44,225 nt of DNA from an uncultured Campylobacterales bacterium (GTDB lineage: Bacteria; Campylobacterota; Campylobacteria; Campylobacterales; Hydrogenimonadaceae). Under the pieces are notes generated by a model that was given only the letters and a program-made list of their open reading frames with translations, made no database searches and was not told the DNA's origin. The position numbers and the translations under genes were made by a program. How positions within the stretch are numbered: the first letter of the stretch is position 1; every line of letters begins with the position of its first letter. Of the stretch, positions 1-7,924 are shown piece after piece. The stretch spans positions 1 to 44,225 of the forward strand of contig CAZORY010000001.1 of assembly GCA_964582435.1 (NCBI GenBank), given 5' to 3'.

Positions 1-195
<195 letters not shown>

Positions 196-298
196 TGTTC
201 AATCCTTTCACTCTTGCCGATCAATAAAACTTAACTTCTAATAATTCTTTAATAAATAATTCTTTAAAATATTCAAAATCAACCAAAAGGAACACCTT

Positions 299-1045
299 AT
301 GACGTTGCGCAAAACTTTCGCTTCGCTTTTGTTGGGCTCCTCCATGCTTTTGGCGGGACACCATACGATTCACTGGGGATATACGGGCCATGGCGGTCCT
401 GAGCATTGGGGCGAATTGAGCGACGACTTCAAGATGTGTTTGATCGGTAAAAATCAATCTCCTATCGATCTAAGAACCGAATCGATGTTCGATACGAAAC
501 TTCCGGCGATACGGTTTCACTATGCCACGAAGACGAAAGATGTAGTGGATAATGGACATACGGAACAAGTCGATATCGTACCCGGTAGCTACATCGTCGT
601 CGATGGCATAAAATTCGAACTCAAACAGTTTCATTTCCATACACCTAGCGAAAACAAGATCGATGGTCGATCTTTCCCATTGGAAGCCCACTTCGTACAT
701 GCCGACGAACATGGCAATCTCGCGGTCGTGGCTTTGATGTTCAAATATGGCAAGCCCAATCCCGTCATCGATAAGATATGGTCCCGTATGCCTAAAAAGG
801 CGGGTAAGAAACATGATTTGACGATGAAGGCGCAAGAGATCAAACGACTTCTTCCCAAAAACAGGGACTACTATCGATTCAACGGCTCTTTGACGACCCC
901 TCCATGTAGTGAAGGGGTCCGATGGTTGGTCTTGAAACATCCCGTCACGATTTCCAAGAAACAGGTCCGTCGATTCGCTAAAATCATGGGACATGCCAAC
1001 AACCGGCCGGTCCAGCCGATCAACGCACGTGTTATTTTGAAATAG
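299..1045 (+). CDS. cah: Periplasmic alpha-class carbonic anhydrase
   Basis: Signal peptide; WGY..GPEHW, NQSPID, Zn ligands in QFHFHTPSE and EAHFVH, GSLTTPPCSEGVRW, NNRPVQP; AAAAGGA RBS. Confidence 0.95.
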   Translation: MTLRKTFASLLLGSSMLLAGHHTIHWGYTGHGGPEHWGELSDDFKMCLIGKNQSPIDLRTESMFDTKLPAIRFHYATKTKDVVDNGHTEQVDIVPGSYIVVDGIKFELKQFHFHTPSENKIDGRSFPLEAHFVHADEHGNLAVVALMFKYGKPNPVIDKIWSRMPKKAGKKHDLTMKAQEIKRLLPKNRDYYRFNGSLTTPPCSEGVRWLVLKHPVTISKKQVRRFAKIMGHANNRPVQPINARVILK

Positions 1046-1062
1046 TTACAACCTCTTGTTTG

Positions 1063-1296
1063 ATGGATCCTTTCGATATCCCTCCTCGTCAGCGGACGCG
1101 GCGAAAACCTTTTCGGCCGCGCTGCAAACGCTGCCGAACCAACCGATACATCATCCCGATCGTCTATAGTGCCGCAATCGATGAGGCACTTTTGGAAAAA
1201 GCACGTGAAGGGACGATCAAAATCGGTGGAGATGCGCGTAGCGTCGATGCCCCGAACTGGTACTGCCGGCAGTGCGGAGAAGCTTTTTTACGCTAG
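1063..1296 (+). CDS. Small zinc-ribbon-like hypothetical protein
   Basis: CKRC...IIPIVY...IKIGG...WYCRQCG (two CxxC pairs); ATG at 1063, alternative TTG at 1060. Confidence 0.7.
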   Translation: MDPFDIPPRQRTRRKPFRPRCKRCRTNRYIIPIVYSAAIDEALLEKAREGTIKIGGDARSVDAPNWYCRQCGEAFLR

Positions 1297-2865
1297 CGTG
1301 CCTATCACCTCATTTTTGAGTGCCTGTTTGTCGATCGTTCGACTATGGAGCGATTGACGAGGCATATCGGTACGATGGAGGATATGCACGGGTAACATAT
1401 AATGGGGTAGATGCTTTTTGAGTTCGAAGAGAATTTCGTTTTTTGGGATCGGCCTGTCGGCGCCATAGACCATCACGATCGCTTCCTCGATCTCGTCGTC
1501 AGGGATGGCGAAGACGGCGCACTCGACGATCTGCGGCAAATAGCGTGACACGATACTTTCGATTTCATAGGGATTGACCCTATATCCTTGGGTTTTGATC
1601 ATGTCGTCTTTTCGTCCGACGAAGTAGAGATACCCCTCTTCGTCGGCGTAGACATAGTCGCCGCTAGCTACGACGATCTCGTCGGTCAGTGCGCCTTCGG
1701 GGGCGACGATCTTTTGTAAAATCTTGATACTTTTGAAGCGTTTGGCCGTCTCTTCGGGCGCGTTCCAATACCCTTTGTAGATGCAGGCACCTCGATGGAT
1801 CAGTTCCCCAACTTCTCTAGGTCTACACGCTTCACCTTTTTCGTTCATGATGAAAAGTTCCACCCCCGGCACGGCCTTGCCGATCGAGTCGGGGCGGATG
1901 TGGATCTGGGAAGGCTCCAAATAGGCCGAGCGAAACGCTTCACTGAGCCCATGCATCGCATAGAGTTCGGCTTTGGGAAAGTGGGTCGTGAGGTTTCGGA
2001 TCATCGCGCGGGTGAGGTTGCCGCCCGAGGATGTAATGGCTCTTAGCTTGGCGAAGTGTTCCGGTTTGGGAATACGATGGGCATCGGTATCGAACATTTG
2101 CGTCACATGGATCGGCATGAGGGGGAGCACCGTCACGCCGTCGTCGATGAGGTGCGCGAAAAAGTCCGTAGGAAGGGCGAAACGGTGGATCGCTAGCGTG
2201 GCTTGGTTGTAGAGGGCGGTGAAAATCTGATTGAGACCGTAGTCGAGATTGAAAGAGAGGGTCCCGCTGATGACATCCGCTTGGTTGATCCTGAGATAGG
2301 TCGAGACGATCGCGGCCCCTTCGAAAAAGGCCCGATGGTCGATGACGATGCCTCCCGGATTGCCGGTGGAGGCGAACGTATAGGTGATGGCGGCGTTGTC
2401 GTGGGGATTGACGCGGCTGGTAAATTCGGCGGGATGGCACTTTTCGATCTCTTGAAAGGAGACGCTGGCGCGCTCGTCGGGCGTGTAGGTGACGATGCGC
2501 CCTTTAAAGCCGGTCGCTTCGATCGTCTCGATCTTTTTGGCGTCGGTGACGACGAGGGTGATGCCGGCGTCTTGGAGGATATGGCGAACTTGTTCGGTTT
2601 TGAGTAATCGAGTGATCGGCACGATCACCAAATCGGTGGAGAGAATCGCCAGGATCGCCACGACCTGATCGATCGATTTGTCCGAGTAGATGCCGATACG
2701 GCTACCTCGCGGAAGCTCGAGGCTTTGGAGATAGTGGGCGATACGATCGACCCGTTCGAGGAGTGTGGCGTAGGTGAGTTGTCGGTTGGCGTGTACGAGG
2801 GCTATTTTGTCGGGGGCCGTGCGGGCGGCCGTTTGCAAAAGGGCGCGGACGGTGTTGACGGTCAT
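1288..2865 (-). CDS. AMP-binding (ANL superfamily) enzyme resembling exosortase A-associated acyl-CoA ligases; P-loop degenerate
   Basis: SFNLDYGLNQ, HGLSEAFRS, SGDYVYADEEGYLYFVGRKDDMIKTQGYRV; GGAGG RBS; start overlaps glmL stop. Confidence 0.88.
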   Translation of the reverse strand: MTVNTVRALLQTAARTAPDKIALVHANRQLTYATLLERVDRIAHYLQSLELPRGSRIGIYSDKSIDQVVAILAILSTDLVIVPITRLLKTEQVRHILQDAGITLVVTDAKKIETIEATGFKGRIVTYTPDERASVSFQEIEKCHPAEFTSRVNPHDNAAITYTFASTGNPGGIVIDHRAFFEGAAIVSTYLRINQADVISGTLSFNLDYGLNQIFTALYNQATLAIHRFALPTDFFAHLIDDGVTVLPLMPIHVTQMFDTDAHRIPKPEHFAKLRAITSSGGNLTRAMIRNLTTHFPKAELYAMHGLSEAFRSAYLEPSQIHIRPDSIGKAVPGVELFIMNEKGEACRPREVGELIHRGACIYKGYWNAPEETAKRFKSIKILQKIVAPEGALTDEIVVASGDYVYADEEGYLYFVGRKDDMIKTQGYRVNPYEIESIVSRYLPQIVECAVFAIPDDEIEEAIVMVYGADRPIPKNEILFELKKHLPHYMLPVHILHRTDMPRQSLHSRTIDKQALKNEVIGTLA

Positions 2866-4061
2866 AGAACCTCCTTCGGGATGAGTCCATAAGTCCAGAT
2901 ACGATAGTCGCTATCCATGACGACTTGGGGCGCTTGATGGAAGTGGAGCAATTTTTTGTAAAAAAAATGGATGATCTCTTCTGCTTCGGTGTGTGAGAGG
3001 ATTTGGGTGATGCCGCCGGTTAGCACGATCGTGTTGAGTTTGTCGAGTTTGAGATCGACGTAGTCGGTGTGGTGACCGCTCACTTTGTAGAGGATCAAGA
3101 AGATGGCCAACTGCATCAGCACTTTGGTGGCCGTTTCGCTCATCTCGTCGAGGACATGCTCCGTCTGTCCCAGATGATGAAGCAGTTCGAAAACGAATTC
3201 GTTGGCCCTGGCCGCATGCACGAGACTGGGACGGGATTTATAAACGCCTAGTTTTTTGAAAACGAGGCGATCGTATCCTCCTTCCCCCGTGAGATTGTCG
3301 TCGATCAGATCGGTGCTGTAGTGGATGTCGGTCGTGGCTCCGCCGATATCGATGACGATGAAAGGGTCGGCCACGCCCATCTTCTGGCCGATGAGAGGCA
3401 GGGCTTGGTTGACGATGTAGGGGGTGGCGAAGATCTGATTGTCGGTGATGGCATAGAGCTGTTTGATATCTTCTTTGCCCATGATGTCGGCTTGGTAGAG
3501 GTCCGTCAGGTAGGTCTTGAGAGGTTTTTCGGCGATTTTGAGGCGATCGTCGAGGATATTGTCGAAGATCACCAAATGAGGGATCGCTTCGCTCAAAAAG
3601 CCCCGTTCGCACGCGCTACCGACATAGACGATATTTTGGTAGCGGCACTTTTGCAAAAAATCGACGAGCCGCTCGTCGAAAATCCCGCCCACACCGTCGA
3701 TCCCGCCGACCAAAATCACGACGTCGATCGTTTCGGCAGGGGGCTTGGCTTCTTCGATTTGGCGCCAAAGAAGGGTGTCGATGATGTTGATGCCGGAGTT
3801 GAAGGCGGTATTGACGGCATATTTGAGGCTAAAGGAGCGGGTCAGACCGATGATCAGGGTGCTGAGCCCCCCATTGGCGGAACTGCAGATGTGGATGCGA
3901 TCGGGTGGGTACATCGCGATCGTTCGGCCCGCTTTGTCCATCAAGTCGTCGTGGATCGGTCGGGTGAAATCTCGAAAATATTGGCGCGGCATCCGCCCCT
4001 CTTCGGCCACTTTGAAATAGGTGCTGCCGATATCGATCATCAGGTGGCCTTTTCGTGTCAT
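2862..4061 (-). CDS. glmL: Glutamate mutase L (GlmL/MutL-type accessory or reactivating factor, ASKHA fold)
   Basis: IDIGSTYFK, CSSANGGL, ILVGGIDG, IDIGGATTDIH motifs; follows glmS/glmE. Confidence 0.88.
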   Translation of the reverse strand: MTRKGHLMIDIGSTYFKVAEEGRMPRQYFRDFTRPIHDDLMDKAGRTIAMYPPDRIHICSSANGGLSTLIIGLTRSFSLKYAVNTAFNSGINIIDTLLWRQIEEAKPPAETIDVVILVGGIDGVGGIFDERLVDFLQKCRYQNIVYVGSACERGFLSEAIPHLVIFDNILDDRLKIAEKPLKTYLTDLYQADIMGKEDIKQLYAITDNQIFATPYIVNQALPLIGQKMGVADPFIVIDIGGATTDIHYSTDLIDDNLTGEGGYDRLVFKKLGVYKSRPSLVHAARANEFVFELLHHLGQTEHVLDEMSETATKVLMQLAIFLILYKVSGHHTDYVDLKLDKLNTIVLTGGITQILSHTEAEEIIHFFYKKLLHFHQAPQVVMDSDYRIWTYGLIPKEVL

Positions 4062-5419
4062 TGCATGATTCCTATATCTTGGATGATCTTTTCGACGACC
4101 GATTGCCCCTCTTTCAAGTCGATGCGATGCCGTTCGTACGCGAAGCTTTCATCGGAAATCGGCAGACGCCCCCGCTCGTAGATACGGATGTTCATCTGCG
4201 GATCTCGGACGGTGATCACCTGGTTGGCGTTGATGACGTGGGGAGAGAAGGGGATTTCGAGAAGTCCTTGTTTGATAGCGTTGAAGACTTTGCGCCAGAG
4301 CGTGTCGGCCGGATCGTTGAGGATCGCTTCCATGATTTCGCCCACCATCCGCTCGAGATGGGCCTCCTCCTCTTCGTCGCCGATCGTGGGCAGTCCTTGG
4401 AGGATACCGAGGGTATACTGTACACTGGCGACGGCTCGGGCGTTGGCTTCGGGTGTGGGAATCCCGAACGCTTCGTGACGGGTTTTGGTGATGATCTTGT
4501 CGGCGCCTACCATCGCGGCGATGACGGTGGAGGTGGTGATGAGGGCGTCGGAGTACACTTTGTCGTAGGGAAAAGCGCCCATCCATTGGTGGTAGACCAA
4601 ATGGATACGGGCGTCGTGGTAGCCGAAGTGGTCGGCATAACGACGGGCGAGTCGCTTGAGAACGTTGGCGGTGACGATATCTTGGAGCATCGAGCCACTT
4701 TGAGAAAAACTGACCGAAAAGGAGACGACGCCCTCTTCGAGCGCGAGCAACATCTCGATCAGTTGGATGACGATGACGATCGCCGGCGGTTGGAGGGTGG
4801 CCGAGAGGGGACCGAAAGATTCGCGATTGATCGGTTCGTTGAGACGAGAGTAGTGGGCACAGACTCTCTCGACGTATTTCCAGTAAAGAAAGGCTTTGTC
4901 GAGGGGGAAATTTTTGGAGTAGGGCAGCAGATAGGTGATCGGTCCCCCTTCGATTTCGAAGATGCCCGAAGCGATCGCCATCTCGACGAGAAGCCTCGCA
5001 TCGGGCGTGCCGTGGCGTAGGCTTACGGGGGTGTCGAAGTGCACCATCATCTTGCGGGTGGTGCGGTAACCGTGGTTGATGAGTGGGTAGCCGTTGAGCA
5101 TATCGGTGTCGTTGGCTTCGGAGAGTGCCAGCATCTTTTTGGCCGTAGCGTAGTCGTTGAGGCGGGTGTTGGAGTCGATCGTCAACGGCAAGACGTCGAC
5201 CCCCGCCTCCTTGAACGCTTCGTAGAGGGCGAAAACTTTTTCGTAGGTCGGAAAGCCGCCGCGGGGCTGGACCAACATCTTGTCGGAGGTAGCGAAACGG
5301 TGGGCGATGAAGAGGTTTTTGCTGGCCTGTTTGACGAAAGCTTCGATCTCATCGAAATCGAAATCGTCGACGAATTCGTTGCGGGTGATGATGGCGCGCT
5401 CTTTGTGCAGCAGGCTCAT
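4058..5419 (-). CDS. glmE: Methylaspartate (glutamate) mutase large subunit E
   Basis: QPRGG, TIDSNTR, LNGYPLINHG, RHGTPDARLL, EGGPITYLLPYSK, INRESFGPL, HQWMGAFP, KIITKT.HEAFGIPT. Confidence 0.94.
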   Translation of the reverse strand: MSLLHKERAIITRNEFVDDFDFDEIEAFVKQASKNLFIAHRFATSDKMLVQPRGGFPTYEKVFALYEAFKEAGVDVLPLTIDSNTRLNDYATAKKMLALSEANDTDMLNGYPLINHGYRTTRKMMVHFDTPVSLRHGTPDARLLVEMAIASGIFEIEGGPITYLLPYSKNFPLDKAFLYWKYVERVCAHYSRLNEPINRESFGPLSATLQPPAIVIVIQLIEMLLALEEGVVSFSVSFSQSGSMLQDIVTANVLKRLARRYADHFGYHDARIHLVYHQWMGAFPYDKVYSDALITTSTVIAAMVGADKIITKTRHEAFGIPTPEANARAVASVQYTLGILQGLPTIGDEEEEAHLERMVGEIMEAILNDPADTLWRKVFNAIKQGLLEIPFSPHVINANQVITVRDPQMNIRIYERGRLPISDESFAYERHRIDLKEGQSVVEKIIQDIGIMQ

Positions 5420-5835
5420 AGGCTCGCTCCTCGACGTCTGGCCAGTTCGGCTTCGAGGCGGTCGAGACCTATGTTCAGATCGACTTGGTGAAAAACGAGA
5501 TCGAAGCCGAAACGTTTGAATTTGGCCTCCACTTCTTGGGCATCCATCTCACCGACGCCAAGATTGCCACCGATCATGAAAAGGACTTCTTTACGGAACG
5601 TCACTTCATTTTTCAAGATTTGGAGGTCGCGGCACCACCCTTCCGCTTCGCCGTTGAGCGAAGAGATGAGCAGTACGTCCGCATCCGTTTCGACGACGGC
5701 ATCGAGAAACTCTTCGAGATAGGTATTGACGCCCAGATTGTAGACACTGAAACCTCGCTCTTCGAGTGCGATTTCGATCAAACGGTTGGCTACGACATGA
5801 ATGTCGTTGCCCACGACACCGGTCACCACTTTCAT
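5416..5835 (-). CDS. glmS: Methylaspartate (glutamate) mutase cobalamin-binding subunit S
   Basis: B12-binding domain: DIHVVA (DxHxxG variant), NLGV, ISSLNG, IGGNLGVG. Symbol is the mutase glmS/mamA, not glucosamine synthase. Confidence 0.93.
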   Translation of the reverse strand: MKVVTGVVGNDIHVVANRLIEIALEERGFSVYNLGVNTYLEEFLDAVVETDADVLLISSLNGEAEGWCRDLQILKNEVTFRKEVLFMIGGNLGVGEMDAQEVEAKFKRFGFDLVFHQVDLNIGLDRLEAELARRRGASL

Positions 5836-5867
5836 GACATCACTTGAGAAACTTTTTTCATGATGGC

Positions 5868-5900
5868 ATTTTAACCAAAGGGAGGTGTTTTTTGTATAAT
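5868..5900. promoter_or_regulatory. Divergent sigma70-type -10 elements (glm operon on minus, rraA-like gene on plus)
   Basis: TAAAAT on minus at 5868-5873 and TATAAT on plus at 5895-5900 in an 87-bp intergenic gap. Confidence 0.5.
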
Positions 5901-5922
5901 TTACTCAAAAAAGGCCGTTGCC

Positions 5923-6423
5923 ATGAAATTTTACACCGCCGATATCTGTGACGAACTTCCGGGCGAAGTCCAAGTGTTGGAACCTGGATTTCACCCCTAC
6001 GGAGGGGTGGAGAGCGCTTTTGGGCCGATTCAGACTCTCAGGCTTCATCGTAACAATAGCGCGTTGATCGAGTTGCTCAAAGAGCCGGGAGAAGATCGCT
6101 TCATCGTCGTGGATGTGGCCGGGGCTTACGACGCGGTCGTAGGAGAAAATTTGATGAAACTGGCGGCGCACCATGGCTGGGCGGGAATTCTCGTCAACGG
6201 TTATGTCCGCGATATTCATGTCACGACGACCGTCGAGGTGGGCCTTTGGGCGCTGGGAACCTGCCCCAAAAAGAGTTTCGAGACGAATCCTGGGGAACGG
6301 GGGGTGTCTGTGCATTTTGGTGGTGTCACGTTTCGCAACGGAGACTATCTATTGGCCGATCGAGATGGGATCGTCGTCATCTCCGCCGCTGCGATGGAAA
6401 AACTGCAGAGCAAGCTTTTCTGA
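5923..6423 (+). CDS. rraA: RraA family protein (RNase E regulator / HMG aldolase-like)
   Basis: TADICD, AVVGENL, GWAGILVNGYVRD, GDYLLADRDGIVV. Confidence 0.9.
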   Translation: MKFYTADICDELPGEVQVLEPGFHPYGGVESAFGPIQTLRLHRNNSALIELLKEPGEDRFIVVDVAGAYDAVVGENLMKLAAHHGWAGILVNGYVRDIHVTTTVEVGLWALGTCPKKSFETNPGERGVSVHFGGVTFRNGDYLLADRDGIVVISAAAMEKLQSKLF

Positions 6424-6960
6424 CTATTTGTCGATTTTCGTTATTTTCGATCCTTCCAAGGTCAGATTGTACATGAGCCCTTGGTTGCCGAAAACGAATC
6501 CGACGACCGGATCTTTGAAGTCGATCGTATTGACATCTTCGCCGACCCCCCATTTGGCGATCGCCACCGATGCGTCGGCGCCGATTTTCCATCCATCGCT
6601 ATGGCGAAACTGATCGAGGGCTTGCTTGGTCAAGAAGACGATGACGATCGACTTTTTCTGTGCCCCGATTTGCCAGCCGAACGAGGCGGAAACTGTATTG
6701 TAGTAGCCGACGATTTTGCCGTGGACCAACAACGCGCCCTCGCCGTACTCGCCACCGATACCGAATCCCGCTTTGTAGACGTTGGGAAACACGAGGTACC
6801 CTTGGGCTTTGCGTAAAAACTCGGCGCCCCCCTTCACCTCCTTGTCGAACTGCTTGATCGTCGCCCGGATTTCGATATTGAGCGCCTCTTTCGATGCGGC
6901 ATGAAGCCAGGAGGTCAGACTCAAAAGAAGAATGAACCACGGAAAATAGGCTCGTTTCAT
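6424..6960 (-). CDS. Exported Ysc84/SYLF-domain protein
   Basis: VFPNVYKAGFGIGGEYGEG, SASFGWQIGAQ, GWKIGADASVA, GLMYNLTLEGSKI; start MKRAYF with GAGAGG RBS and signal peptide; TATAAT at 6989-6994 (minus). Confidence 0.88.
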   Translation of the reverse strand: MKRAYFPWFILLLSLTSWLHAASKEALNIEIRATIKQFDKEVKGGAEFLRKAQGYLVFPNVYKAGFGIGGEYGEGALLVHGKIVGYYNTVSASFGWQIGAQKKSIVIVFLTKQALDQFRHSDGWKIGADASVAIAKWGVGEDVNTIDFKDPVVGFVFGNQGLMYNLTLEGSKITKIDK

Positions 6961-7114
6961 ATCGATCCCTCTCACCATTTTTTTTGGCATTATAGCCTTT
7001 ATCTCCCCCGATAAGGTGTGAATCGATTTAAACGTGGCCGTTACCTTCGGCCGAAAGCGCCTTCTTAAGGGATTCGTTGTAAAATCTGGCAAAATGTGAA
7101 TGCAAAGAGGTGGT

Positions 7115-7915
7115 ATGCCGAGTGTAAGACTCTTTTGGATGGCTCTCCTGCCTGTTTGGATGTGGGCACAAGTGCATTACGCACGGCTCGATCCTTACCA
7201 GTCCTATGCCATCAAGGCCGCATATGCCGGCACGGTGGTCGCAGCCGACGATGGGTTGGAAGGTAAGACGGCGAATGCACAGGTGGTCGTGCAAATCGAG
7301 GATGTGGTGGATAGAGCCCAAAAAAGAGCGATCGAAACGACGATCGAAACACTCGAGAAGACGTTGGCGATCACGCGACGAATGGTCGAAAACCAGCAGA
7401 CCGTATTTAAAAAAGATCGAGATTATTATCGACGAATTTTGCCGCTCAAAACCAAATCACGTACGGAAAAGGATCGCGTTTTTTCGACGATGATCGCCTC
7501 GCAGAACCAACTTTTGAATCTACAAGAAAAGATCGCGACACTCGAAAAGCAACTGGCCGATGCGAAGGCCCAGCGGATAGCGCTGAAAGATCGTATCGAA
7601 AAAAAACGCATCACCGTGCCGGGTCTGTATATCTACAAAGTGGCGGTGCGTGCCGGGGATTATGTCGCACCCGGAAAGTTGCTGTTGACGGCGATGGATT
7701 TGAGAAAAGGGCGACTGGTGCTCTATCTCGACCCGGACGAGATGAAAGGCATCGAAAAGAAGAGGATCTATCTCGACGGCAAGCCGACCGATTGGCGATT
7801 CGAAAAGATCATCCGCGTCGCCGATGAAAAGCATATCTCTTCCTATCGTGCCGAAATCGTCGTGCCCAAGCCCGAGGGGCTCTTTTCACGACTTCTAAAA
7901 ATTGAAATCAAATGA
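7115..7915 (+). CDS. HlyD/membrane-fusion-like periplasmic adaptor
   Basis: Signal-like N-terminus, IKAAYAGTV lipoyl half, long coiled coil, VRAGDYVAPGK second half; alternative start 7100. Confidence 0.75.
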   Translation: MPSVRLFWMALLPVWMWAQVHYARLDPYQSYAIKAAYAGTVVAADDGLEGKTANAQVVVQIEDVVDRAQKRAIETTIETLEKTLAITRRMVENQQTVFKKDRDYYRRILPLKTKSRTEKDRVFSTMIASQNQLLNLQEKIATLEKQLADAKAQRIALKDRIEKKRITVPGLYIYKVAVRAGDYVAPGKLLLTAMDLRKGRLVLYLDPDEMKGIEKKRIYLDGKPTDWRFEKIIRVADEKHISSYRAEIVVPKPEGLFSRLLKIEIK

Positions 7916-7924
7916 GGTGAATCG

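Noticed and set aside
3321-5491. Long plus-strand ORFs antisense to glmL/glmE (3321-4181, 4055-5020, 5039-5491) and similar shadow ORFs elsewhere (e.g. 14881-15630, 38334-39161)
   Set aside because: They lie fully opposite well-supported genes, lack recognisable motifs, and are expected from codon bias.
5836-5922. Cobalamin riboswitch ahead of the B12-dependent mutase
   Set aside because: Only 87 bp, occupied by divergent promoters; no B12-box-like sequence seen.
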